This document shows, piece by piece, positions 37,026-45,748 of a stretch of DNA of 64,000 nt (position 1 is its first letter; the number at the start of each line of letters is the position of its first letter). The notes under the pieces were generated by a model. The model had not been told where the DNA came from, did not search any database, and worked only from the letters and a program-made list of their open reading frames with translations. Source of the stretch: Alphaproteobacteria bacterium (GTDB lineage: Bacteria > Pseudomonadota > Alphaproteobacteria > RF32 > CAG-239); assembly GCA_016288295.1 (NCBI GenBank), contig JAEEYV010000027.1:7797-71796 (forward strand), written 5' to 3'. Both the position numbers and the translations under genes were made by a program.

Positions 37026-38619
37026 ATTGATAAAATACGGCTTGGGTTGTGGCGTAGTCGTTTTGATTGGAGCGTGCTCAATATCAACAAGCATGGATGC
37101 TACTTTAGAAAGAGAAATTGAAGCGACAACTGAATTAAAAGAAAGAGCTAAAGCTCCTGCAGAAATCGTTCAAAATGACGTTGTACATGTAAAAGATGAA
37201 ATATGGTTGGGGGATAAGAGTGAGGTTGAATATGAGGGATCCCCAGTCCCTGCTTATTTGGAGACTAAAGAAGGCGTTACATTAATAAGTAACCGTCCGA
37301 TTACTCTTTATGAAATCGGGGATATGATTACTAAAATTACTTCTATAAGAGTAAGATATGCTTCAAGTTTGGAAGATGAAGTAAAAAAAGAAGCTGAGGG
37401 GAATGAGCCTTCTCCGGAGATGATGGGAGCGCATTGGGCAGCTCCTGGAAAAATGTTGGTTTCGTACAGAGGCCCTTTATCAGGATTATTGGATGAAGTT
37501 GCTGCCCGTTTTGGGTTATGGTGGAAATACGACAAGAATGAAATCCATTTCTATAAATTTGTGAGCAAAACTTTTGTGGTTTACAGTTTACCGACACAAC
37601 AGAGTTTGCAGGCTCAAGTAGGGGGAAGCTCTACAGATTCAGGCAGTGCCGGCGACTCATCGGTTTCATTGTCAAGTACAGCTACTCTGGAACTATGGAA
37701 TAACATTCAAGAAACAATTACATCTATGATTAGTGATGATGCAAAGTTGGCTTTGGATAAAAACAATGGTACAATCTCATTAACGGCGACACCGACTGAT
37801 ATAAAGAAAGTCGCAAACTATATTAATGAATTGAATGGACGTTTATCAAGACAAGTTGCAATCAGTGTCAAAGTATTGCAAGTTAATGTCAGCGATTCTG
37901 ATTCTTTCGGACTTAACTTCGAAGCTGCATTTGATGATGGACAAACCGTTCTTGGTGCGGCTAGCCCAGCGGGTTTGGGTGAGGATATTACCAAAAACTT
38001 GACCATGAAAATTATGCCTGGTAATTGGAAAATTGATACCAGCATTCAAGCATTATCAAAGCGCAATACCACTAACCTGGTAACCAGCGGTACGGTTACA
38101 ACCATGAACAATAAGCCGGCGCCAATTCAGGTGGTTAAGAAGCAGAACTATATTTCTGAAATTACAAAGACCAATAGCGGCGGAGATGGTGATAATTATG
38201 ATATCTCGACTGAAACTGAAGAAATAGAAACCGGTTTTACGATGAGTGTTTTACCGAGAATTTTAGAACATGGTCGTATGATGGTAATGTTTAATATGAC
38301 ATTATCTGATCTGCTTGAATTGCAGAAAGTCAGTCTTTCTACCGGTAGCGAAGAAGATAAGGGTAATTACATCCAAAACCCAATTATTGAATCACGAGGT
38401 TTTTCACAAGAAGTAATTATGAAATCTGGTGAATCTTTGGTATTGACTGGTTTTGAAAGGGTTGAAAATTCAGCAGATAAAACCGGTTTTGGTTCGGCAG
38501 ATAATTCTTTGTTGGGTGGTTCGGCCGCAGCTAAAAAAACCAGAAGTATTTTGGTTATAATTTTGACACCTGTTGTTCTCGAATCTCCTCTTGATCCTGA
38601 AACTCGTGTTCACGAATAA
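37012..38619 (+). CDS. pilN: PilN-type lipoprotein secretin (type IVb pilus)
   Basis: Start set to ATG 37012 (SD aaggagg at 36999-37005). Lipobox LIGA|C. Secretin domain VKVLQVNVSDSDSFGLNFEAAF … SLVLTGFERVEN … SILVIILTPVVLE. Confidence 0.75.
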   Translation: MLMNKLIKYGLGCGVVVLIGACSISTSMDATLEREIEATTELKERAKAPAEIVQNDVVHVKDEIWLGDKSEVEYEGSPVPAYLETKEGVTLISNRPITLYEIGDMITKITSIRVRYASSLEDEVKKEAEGNEPSPEMMGAHWAAPGKMLVSYRGPLSGLLDEVAARFGLWWKYDKNEIHFYKFVSKTFVVYSLPTQQSLQAQVGGSSTDSGSAGDSSVSLSSTATLELWNNIQETITSMISDDAKLALDKNNGTISLTATPTDIKKVANYINELNGRLSRQVAISVKVLQVNVSDSDSFGLNFEAAFDDGQTVLGAASPAGLGEDITKNLTMKIMPGNWKIDTSIQALSKRNTTNLVTSGTVTTMNNKPAPIQVVKKQNYISEITKTNSGGDGDNYDISTETEEIETGFTMSVLPRILEHGRMMVMFNMTLSDLLELQKVSLSTGSEEDKGNYIQNPIIESRGFSQEVIMKSGESLVLTGFERVENSADKTGFGSADNSLLGGSAAAKKTRSILVIILTPVVLESPLDPETRVHE

Positions 38620-38637
38620 GCCATAAAGGAAGTTGAC

Positions 38638-39897
38638 GTGGAAGAAAATACAGACATCGAAACAAGCTATGCCGGTAACAGAACTTGGGGAACCACGATT
38701 AATGTCGGCGGTACCGAGTATGCGGCCAGTTTGTTTTGGCAATCGTTGCAAAATCAGGAAAACCCTCAACCTGAGATTATTGAGTCGTCTCAAGGGGTTT
38801 TGGAAGGTGCTGATTTATTCTGTATAAAAAAAGGTAAGACACCTCAGTTTGGTATTTGCGTATCAGCTGATGGCTATAAATCAGGTGAAAACGTTGCGGC
38901 AATAGGTGTTGCAACGGCTTTGGCTGATCAGCCTTCGTTTGTTGCTGTATTTAAGGTAAAAAACGGATGGTGGTATATCTGCGTACGTGATGATGTTATT
39001 TTGGCTAACGGCGATATGCTCTATACATCTGAAGAAGATGCCAAAAAGCAATTTATGAGTATGTTGATGGTGCCGGATTGGCGCTTGAAGATTGCTCCTC
39101 CGGAATGGGGAATTGAAGATGCGTTATATCCAGATCTTGAAGATATAATGCAACGAGGTAGCCGTGTTAAGTTACAAAAAATTGATAGAAAAGGTAAATA
39201 TTTTTATCTGATTGTAGCGGCAATTGCTTTTGTGGTTTTGTTTTTGGTGTATAAACTGTTTATGACTTTTATAGCAACACCGTCGAAGCCACGTATTCCA
39301 AATATTCCGCAAATTCCGCCGAAAGAGCAGGAAGTTCCTCCTGAGCCGAAACCGTGGGAGAATTTGCCTTTGCAAGATGTGTATATGCAAAGATGTTATA
39401 CTAATGTCTTACAATTGGTTGAAATTTTGCCTCCGGGATGGAATATAGGTCAAGTAACTTGTACTTTAGGAAGTGTGGGAACTTCTTGGGCAAGGCAATT
39501 CGGAAGAATTTCAATTATAGAAAAGGCACTTAGCGAATCAAAAGCTAATCTTTCGAGACCTATTGTTACTGCGGATGGAAATGTTGTTTCAACATCAATC
39601 GGGATGGGTGATATTGGAACTGAGAATTCAGAGCCGACGAAAAATCAGACGGATTTGAAGAATACGCTGAACAATTTTTTCCAATCTATCGGACAGAGCG
39701 TACAACTGTCAGATTATCAATATACATCCCCACAGCAAAATGTTTATCGTTCGGTAAAATTTAGCTTTGTTTCAAATTATAATCCGAGGATTTGGAGCAA
39801 TTTGTTAACTAAATTTTCAGGACTTGAGATGAATACAATTAAGTATGACCCCGCAAGCGGTGTTTGGAGTTATGAAGGAGCTATCTATGCGTTGTAG
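38638..39897 (+). CDS. PilO-position protein (419 aa, single central TM); assigned by synteny only
   Basis: GTG start after the SD aaggaag. TM segment YFYLIVAAIAFVVLFLVYKLFMTFIA. Lies between the secretin and the PilP-like gene, as in R64 pilN-pilO-pilP. Confidence 0.4.
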   Translation: MEENTDIETSYAGNRTWGTTINVGGTEYAASLFWQSLQNQENPQPEIIESSQGVLEGADLFCIKKGKTPQFGICVSADGYKSGENVAAIGVATALADQPSFVAVFKVKNGWWYICVRDDVILANGDMLYTSEEDAKKQFMSMLMVPDWRLKIAPPEWGIEDALYPDLEDIMQRGSRVKLQKIDRKGKYFYLIVAAIAFVVLFLVYKLFMTFIATPSKPRIPNIPQIPPKEQEVPPEPKPWENLPLQDVYMQRCYTNVLQLVEILPPGWNIGQVTCTLGSVGTSWARQFGRISIIEKALSESKANLSRPIVTADGNVVSTSIGMGDIGTENSEPTKNQTDLKNTLNNFFQSIGQSVQLSDYQYTSPQQNVYRSVKFSFVSNYNPRIWSNLLTKFSGLEMNTIKYDPASGVWSYEGAIYAL

Positions 39898-41302
39898 TTT
39901 TAGAAATATATTATGTGGATTGGCTGTTTTAGTTGCGGCAGGATTGCTCGCTGATTTGGCTTATGCACAAGGAAATGTTACTTTGTTAGCAGATGACGAG
40001 GACGAAGAAACCAGCTTTGATCCGATACTTCCGAACGAATCGGCTTCTAAAAGCGGTTTAATATCACCGCAAGCGCCAACAAACAGCAGCAGACCATCTG
40101 ATGTTATTCCGATGGATGTTGAGGCTCGTACTCCGGATAAAGTATCTGTTGATCTTGAGGACAATGATGAAGATATTAATATGCCGATAGAATCTGGGAC
40201 GCAACCGATAACGGACGGAACTTCCCCAGCAACTGAAAGCGGTGTTTCAGGTACTGCACCTACTCCGGCGCCGAAGCCAGAGGTCGAGATTGCTCCAATA
40301 TTGAATGATAATATAAATAATGAATTATTTATGAGAATGTCGGATTTGGAAAAGCAAACGACGTTATTGAATTTGGAATTGAAAAAAGAGCGATTGGCAA
40401 ATGAAATTGCTGCTGTAAAAGCACAAAGGAAAAAGGCTCAGGAAGAGGAAGAAGCCAGAAAAGCTGAAGAGGAGCGCAAGCGCATTGAATGGGAAAATGA
40501 GCAAGAGCGTTTGAAGATTGAAGAACAGCGCAAGTTGAAAGAAGTTGAAATGGCTTTGGAAAAATTGCGTCAGGAAAAAATTGTTAAAGCCTATAAAGAG
40601 ACAATGCTGGCTTCAACTCAAAAATGGATTAAGAAAAATGCGGAAATTTATGCCGAAATTGCGAAGAAGGATGATATAATTAAAGAAATGCTAAAAGATT
40701 ATAAGGAAAAATTCGGTATTTTGGCACAAAAAGCAGAAGATGTTAAGGGCAAAGCTGAAGTTGCAAAAGTTAACCATGATAAAAAGGTTGCCAATTTGGA
40801 AAATCAGATTGCCGTCTTGAAAACCAGACTTGAAGCTGAGATTGAAAAAGCGCGACAAGCTGCTTTAGGCGGTGGCAATAAAGGTAAGAATCCTTTTGCT
40901 GACGGCACTTCTGAAGCGGTTTCTCCGGAAAAAGTAAAATTGAGTAAAGAATATGCCATTATGGAAATTTTGGGTTCCGGTGATGATTTGGCTGCAAAAT
41001 TGATTAATGAAGATGGCGATGTGTTCATGGTTAAAGTCGGAACTACTTTACGTAATGGATATACAATTGATGAAATTACTAAAACATTCTTAAGTGCTGT
41101 AAAAGAGAATGATAGGGATTATCTATATTTCTCAGCTGGCGGTATTTTGGATCGTGAGCCTGTTAAACCAGCTGTTACGATAAAAGAGCCAGCAGGTGGC
41201 TCGTCTTCAGCAAAGAAAACTGAAGAATCGGGAGCAAGACGTCCGGGACTGATACGGACTCAAGGCATCCCCAGTCTTGGTAACGGAATGATTGTTAGAT
41301 AA
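39887..41302 (+). CDS. pilP: PilP-like protein extended by a long charged coiled coil
   Basis: Start moved to ATG 39887 (SD gaaggag at 39874-39880). Signal peptide …LADLAYA|QG. Coiled coil with EEEARKAEEERKRIEWENEQERLKIEEQRK. C-terminal beta domain YAIMEILGSGDDLAAKLINEDGDVFMVKVGTTLRNGYTIDEI. Confidence 0.5.
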   Translation: MRCSFRNILCGLAVLVAAGLLADLAYAQGNVTLLADDEDEETSFDPILPNESASKSGLISPQAPTNSSRPSDVIPMDVEARTPDKVSVDLEDNDEDINMPIESGTQPITDGTSPATESGVSGTAPTPAPKPEVEIAPILNDNINNELFMRMSDLEKQTTLLNLELKKERLANEIAAVKAQRKKAQEEEEARKAEEERKRIEWENEQERLKIEEQRKLKEVEMALEKLRQEKIVKAYKETMLASTQKWIKKNAEIYAEIAKKDDIIKEMLKDYKEKFGILAQKAEDVKGKAEVAKVNHDKKVANLENQIAVLKTRLEAEIEKARQAALGGGNKGKNPFADGTSEAVSPEKVKLSKEYAIMEILGSGDDLAAKLINEDGDVFMVKVGTTLRNGYTIDEITKTFLSAVKENDRDYLYFSAGGILDREPVKPAVTIKEPAGGSSSAKKTEESGARRPGLIRTQGIPSLGNGMIVR

Positions 41303-41315
41303 GCTTTGAAGCAAA

Positions 41316-42983
41316 ATGGCAGAAGAAGAGAAAAATGAAGAGGAAGAAGTAAAGGAAGAAAAGGCGCCCGAAAAAGCCGCCAAAAAGCCTGTTGACGTAA
41401 TGGCTTTTATTGAGGGGCTTTTTGACAACGGCAATTACCTTTGCACTCTTCCGGGAGCCAAGCTTCCTGACGGAACTGTCTTAAATATTAATGATGAAAC
41501 AAGGCGTCGATTGGCTTTGTTTTCAGATGGGCAGTTTTTGGTTGCATCAGAACACAAATTTGACGGTCCGGTATTAAACTTCCAAACTATTGCCGCAAAA
41601 AAGGGGTTGGTTATGCAACCCCCAAAATATATTTCGCAAAACGAACTTAATACCATTTATGCAATGGCGGAGCGTAATAAGACGATTTCAAGCGATGATG
41701 TTGACTTGGAACGTCTGCAAATGCAACAAGACTTTGTAAATATTGTAAAGCGCGCTTCTTCCATGAAAGTATCAGATGTACACGTAGTTGTATCCGATAA
41801 CTATTCAGAGGTTATTTTCCGTACCAACGGTATTATGGTAAAGGAAATGGAATATAGCAAAGAGTGGGGAGATTTGTTTGTGCGTGCAGTATTTGCGTCG
41901 GCAGATATTTCAGACTCAAACTTTGCGCAAAATGAGTTCCAAGGCGCACAAAAATTGGGTTCGACGCCGTTGCGCGGTTCTAAAGGAAAATTAATGTTGC
42001 CTCACAATGTGTTGGCTATACGTTTACAATTTAACCCGATTGCTTTTGGATCTCAATATTTGGTTATGCGTATTTTGTACGCAGATGACAATCCGGACGG
42101 AAGTGATGATTTGGCTGCTTTGGGATGCGGTGAATATGAACAGGAGTTGTTGTTCCGTCTACGTTCGGCTCCGGTCGGGCTGAATGTGGTGGCCGGACCT
42201 ACCGGATCAGGAAAATCAACCCTGTTGCAGCGTAACATGATTAAGTTGCTGAAAGAAAAGAATAATGAAGTTAACCTTTTGACTGTGGAAGACCCTCCCG
42301 AATATCCTATTCCGGGAGCAAGACAGATGCCGGTTACCAATGCTAATACAGAAGAAGAGAAAAACGAACAATTCGGCTTGGCATTGAATGCGGCATTGCG
42401 TTCCGACCCTGATGTACTGATGGTAGGTGAAACACGTTCATTATCAGCAGCAAGCTTGGTGTTTAAAGGGGCATTGTCCGGTCACTTGGTTTGGACGACT
42501 TTGCACGCCAACTCTGCACCGGCAATTGTAACCCGTTTGCGCGATATGGGAGTGCAGTCGTATATGTTGGGCGATCCGGAGTTGTTAAAAGGTCTGGTTT
42601 CGCAACGATTATTCCGTAAACTTTGCCCTTATTGCCGTATGCCGGCACGTGAGCATTTAGATAACCCGGGAGTGCAGCGATTAAGAATCGCTTTGGGTGA
42701 TTTTGGTATTGAAAATACATATTTAAAAGGACCGGGATGTAAATTCTGCGGAGGAAGAGGTATTAAGGGACGTCTTGGCGTACAAGAGATGATTTTGCCT
42801 GATGCCACGTTTTTGGAGTTGATGATTGCCGGTGAAACCCGTAAAGCGATTGACTATTGGACCAGTGATTTGAATGGACGTCCGTTAAAAGATGCGGCGT
42901 TAGAGCGTATGTTAAAAGGACTGATTGACCTTGATGAAGTGGAACGTTGGTGTGGCTTGTTAGACCAACGTCCGGTATATTAG
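41316..42983 (+). CDS. pilQ: GspE/PilB-family pilus assembly ATPase (PilQ in R64 nomenclature)
   Basis: Walker A VAGPTGSGKST. Asp box LLTVEDPPEYPI. Walker B DVLMVGETR. His box GHLVWTTLHAN. Tetracysteine CPYC…CKFCGG. Confidence 0.9.
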   Translation: MAEEEKNEEEEVKEEKAPEKAAKKPVDVMAFIEGLFDNGNYLCTLPGAKLPDGTVLNINDETRRRLALFSDGQFLVASEHKFDGPVLNFQTIAAKKGLVMQPPKYISQNELNTIYAMAERNKTISSDDVDLERLQMQQDFVNIVKRASSMKVSDVHVVVSDNYSEVIFRTNGIMVKEMEYSKEWGDLFVRAVFASADISDSNFAQNEFQGAQKLGSTPLRGSKGKLMLPHNVLAIRLQFNPIAFGSQYLVMRILYADDNPDGSDDLAALGCGEYEQELLFRLRSAPVGLNVVAGPTGSGKSTLLQRNMIKLLKEKNNEVNLLTVEDPPEYPIPGARQMPVTNANTEEEKNEQFGLALNAALRSDPDVLMVGETRSLSAASLVFKGALSGHLVWTTLHANSAPAIVTRLRDMGVQSYMLGDPELLKGLVSQRLFRKLCPYCRMPAREHLDNPGVQRLRIALGDFGIENTYLKGPGCKFCGGRGIKGRLGVQEMILPDATFLELMIAGETRKAIDYWTSDLNGRPLKDAALERMLKGLIDLDEVERWCGLLDQRPVY

Positions 42984-42993
42984 GAGATAGTTT

Positions 42994-44103
42994 ATGCCGA
43001 ATTCGAACTTAGCAAAAGCAATGCGCAAATTGAATTCGATTGAGGTTTATTATGCCAAAATCATTTGTAATATGTCCGGTGAAGTGCGGTTAAAAATGTA
43101 TAGAAAAATCGCCTCGCTGATGTCAAACCGATTTTCGTTGATGAATGCCTTAGATATGTTGCATGCAACTGTTACGAATGACGGCAAAAACCCTAGTGAA
43201 CCGATGGCGATTGCAATTGCCAGTTGGGCAAATGCACTGCAAAATGGTCAACCTTTTTCAGAAGCTTTACGCGGTTGGGCACCGGATCGTGAAAGATTGA
43301 TGTTATCAGTGGGCGATGTTTCGGACTTGGAAAGTGCTATTCGCAACCTAATTAAGGTTACAGAAGGCACGACCAAAATGATCCGCCCGATTATCGGTGC
43401 GGTAAGCTATCCGGCATTTTTGATGATGATGGTGGTTTTGATTATTTATGGTATCGGTGCCTACATGGTGCCACCGATGATTGAAGCTGCTCCGGACGTA
43501 AAATGGACCGGTATTGCTAAGAACCTGGCAGATCTGTCTGACTGGATCAGAGTTTATTGGCCGGTGGCTTTTTCGATTGTGCCGATAGTAGGTATAATTA
43601 TATATGCAACGCTAGGTGTTTGGACCGGAACAATACGTGCTTTTATCGACAGGTTGCCACCGTGGTCATTGTATAAAATTTTTACAGGCATTACCTGGTT
43701 GTTGGCGATGTCGGCGTTGATTAAGGGTGGAACACCGGTTGCTAATGCATTGCGTGCTTTGCGCCGTGACTCAACCCGTTATTTGAAGGAGCGAATCGAT
43801 AAGACTTTGGTCTTTATTAATAACGGTGATAACTTGGGACAAGCGCTTTCAAAGACCGGACTTGAGTTTCCGGATAAAGAAATTATCGGTGACCTTAAAA
43901 TTTATTCAGAAATGGATAACTTTGAAGAAGCTTTGGATAAGCTCGCTAACGAATGGTTGGAAAACTCGGCTTATACAATTGAGCAAAAAGCCAGTATTTT
44001 GAACATGGTAGCCTTACTTGCAGTGTCCGGCGTTATTGCCTGGGCGGTTTGGGGAACATTTGTTATGCAAGACCAAATTACGAGCGCAATGGGAATCGGC
44101 TAA
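42994..44103 (+). CDS. pilR: GspF/PilC-family inner-membrane platform protein (PilR in R64 nomenclature)
   Basis: 369 aa with three TM segments. PIIGAVSYPAFLMMMVVLIIYGIGAYMVPPM fits the GspF pattern. Lies immediately after the ATPase. Confidence 0.8.
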   Translation: MPNSNLAKAMRKLNSIEVYYAKIICNMSGEVRLKMYRKIASLMSNRFSLMNALDMLHATVTNDGKNPSEPMAIAIASWANALQNGQPFSEALRGWAPDRERLMLSVGDVSDLESAIRNLIKVTEGTTKMIRPIIGAVSYPAFLMMMVVLIIYGIGAYMVPPMIEAAPDVKWTGIAKNLADLSDWIRVYWPVAFSIVPIVGIIIYATLGVWTGTIRAFIDRLPPWSLYKIFTGITWLLAMSALIKGGTPVANALRALRRDSTRYLKERIDKTLVFINNGDNLGQALSKTGLEFPDKEIIGDLKIYSEMDNFEEALDKLANEWLENSAYTIEQKASILNMVALLAVSGVIAWAVWGTFVMQDQITSAMGIG

Positions 44104-44104
44104 A

Positions 44105-44650
44105 ATGGACTTTAAGAATAAAAAGAATCTGCTTTTTTGGGGAGGAATCGGGCTGGTTGCCGTAACAATTTTAGCCGTTATGCTAAAGCACACTCCCAAA
44201 AAAGCGGTAACTTCAGCTGAAGAAGTAGCAAAAATTGTTGAAGACGTGCATAAAATATATGCAAATAAAGCCAGTTTTTGGGGACTCAACAACGAATCTT
44301 TTGCTAGTAACGATATATTAACCAAATTTCGTTATAAAGGGAATCAGCTGATTAATACCTTGGGCAAACCAATCCTGATCGGGAGAGGGGAAGGCGGTGA
44401 CGTCGTTATGCCCGGCGAAAGAAGCTTTGACGTTGTTTATACTGATTTGACGGCAAAAGAATGCGTTGACGCGGCGGCTTATCGGTTTGAGCAACCGGAA
44501 AATTTGGGACTTTTGCGAATCACAATAACAAATGGCGAAAAAAGTCAGGTGTTTGAGTGGGGAGCAGAAGACCACAAGCTCCCGATAAGTCGGGTCGAAG
44601 CAAAGCGTTTTTGCTCAAACAAATCAAGGGTTATGTGGACTTTTGAGTGA
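44105..44650 (+). CDS. Small bitopic protein with a Cys pair in its periplasmic domain; pilus accessory (PilM-like?)
   Basis: ATG 44105 lies 1 nt after the pilR stop. TM segment LLFWGGIGLVAVTILAVML. No prepilin G-x4-E motif. Lies between the platform gene and the pilin gene. Confidence 0.4.
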   Translation: MDFKNKKNLLFWGGIGLVAVTILAVMLKHTPKKAVTSAEEVAKIVEDVHKIYANKASFWGLNNESFASNDILTKFRYKGNQLINTLGKPILIGRGEGGDVVMPGERSFDVVYTDLTAKECVDAAAYRFEQPENLGLLRITITNGEKSQVFEWGAEDHKLPISRVEAKRFCSNKSRVMWTFE

Positions 44651-44683
44651 GGGGAGAGCAAAGAGGTTTTCAGAAAAAAACAC

Positions 44684-44712
44684 TTGCAATTGTTACAGTT
44701 TTGTGACATAAT
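44684..44712 (+). promoter_or_regulatory. Strong sigma70-like promoter (extended -10) for the pilin gene
   Basis: TTGCAA (44684-44689), 17-nt spacer ending in TGa, then CATAAT (44707-44712). SD gaggag at 44738-44743. Confidence 0.55.
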
Positions 44713-44750
44713 GTAAAGTGGGATGTGATATTTTTTTGAGGAGATTAAAA

Positions 44751-45287
44751 ATGATGAAATTTAATAGTGAACAATCCGGACGTTCAATGGTTGAAATGCT
44801 CGGTGTATTGGCCATTATCGGCGTTTTGTCAGTTGCCGGTATCGCCGGTTATTCAAAGGCTATGGCTAAGTTTAAGGTTAATGCAGTAATGGATCAGATG
44901 ACAATGACCGCTGCAAATATCAGAACTGCTTATTCTAGCCAGCCCAACTATAATGGTATATCTGCATCGGTTATTCGTAACCTTGGATTAGCAGAAAAGG
45001 CTATGGAAAGTGGCACATCAGCGCTTAAAAACACATACGGCGGGGCGGTAACTGTTGAGGCATCTGGTTCTGGTGATAAGCAATTTAAGTTGACATTTAG
45101 CGGACTTCCGAAGAGTGCTTGTGCTACTATAGGTACAGCTGACTGGGGATTCGGTTCCGGCGGTTTGTCAGGTCTTATAATTAACGGCTCGGTTCCGGTA
45201 ACAGCAATAGGTAGTCTTGCTACTGTTGGAGGAGCTAATGCTTGTGGCGCTGGCGACAACAACAGTATCGCCCTTGTATATAACTAG
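44751..45287 (+). CDS. pilS: Type IV prepilin (major pilin; PilS position)
   Basis: Start moved to ATG 44751. MMKFNSEQSG|RSMVEMLGVLAIIGVLSVAGIAGY has Gly at -1, Glu at +5 and a hydrophobic alpha1-N helix. Two C-terminal Cys residues. Confidence 0.8.
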   Translation: MMKFNSEQSGRSMVEMLGVLAIIGVLSVAGIAGYSKAMAKFKVNAVMDQMTMTAANIRTAYSSQPNYNGISASVIRNLGLAEKAMESGTSALKNTYGGAVTVEASGSGDKQFKLTFSGLPKSACATIGTADWGFGSGGLSGLIINGSVPVTAIGSLATVGGANACGAGDNNSIALVYN

Positions 45288-45312
45288 TTTAGTATAAACC
45301 ATCCTAACGAGA

Positions 45313-45347
45313 AGAAAAGGTAGCGAAAGCTACCTTTTCTTTTGTTT
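45313..45347 (+). terminator. Rho-independent terminator after the pilin gene
   Basis: agaaaaggtagc (45313-45324), loop gaaa, gctaccttttct (45329-45340), then tttgttt. Confidence 0.8.
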
Positions 45348-45441
45348 AAAACATCATTCCTCGCACGGTGTGTCTGTTTCAAACGTCATGCCTAAATCAA
45401 ATATGTCATCACTCCCAAAGCGTAAGTCAAGAAAATAACCT

Positions 45442-45551
45442 GTCATGCCTCTTTTTTAGCTTGCTAAAAAAGTCAAGGCATCTTCAATATTGTTTTTTAT
45501 TTTGTCATGCCTCCGAGCATGAAAATGCGAGGTCAAGGCATCTTCAATATT
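45442..45551 (+). repeat. Two tandem ~61-bp structured units (gtcatgcctc, inner hairpin, gtcaaggcatcttcaatatt, T-run)
   Basis: gtcatgcct occurs at 45442 and 45504, with a solo copy at 45385. gtcaaggcatcttcaatatt occurs at 45472-45491 and 45532-45551. atgcct/aggcat form outer stems. The inner hairpin of unit 1 is cttttttagc/gctaaaaaag. Confidence 0.8.
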
Positions 45552-45563
45552 TTTTTAAATAAG

Positions 45564-45671
45564 GTAGATCCCTGGACGATTTTGCAGGCAAAATCGAGGG
45601 ATGACTTTTTTGATTTTTATATAATACCGTAGATCCCTGGGCGATTTTGCAAGCAAAATCGAGGGATGACT
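45564..45671 (+). repeat. Two copies of a 43-nt palindromic element (REP/MITE-like hairpin), 65 bp apart
   Basis: gtagatccctggRcgattttgcaRgcaaaatcgagggatgact occurs at 45564-45606 and 45629-45671 (41/43 identical). Stem cgattttg/caaaatcg plus atccct/agggat. Confidence 0.85.
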
Positions 45672-45748
45672 ATTTTTTATTATTTAAGTGCTTGTTAAGA
45701 ATTGCAATGCTAAAAATGTGTATTGCTTATATAAAAAGGACTACCAAA

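Noticed and set aside
45368-45671. Possible CRISPR array, suggested by regularly spaced short repeats
   Set aside because: Each repeat family has only two copies. The repeats are themselves long hairpins with T-runs. The spacers are not uniform unique sequences. No cas genes are present in the window. The 64-aa ORF at 45368-45562 merely translates the repeats (SRHLQY twice).
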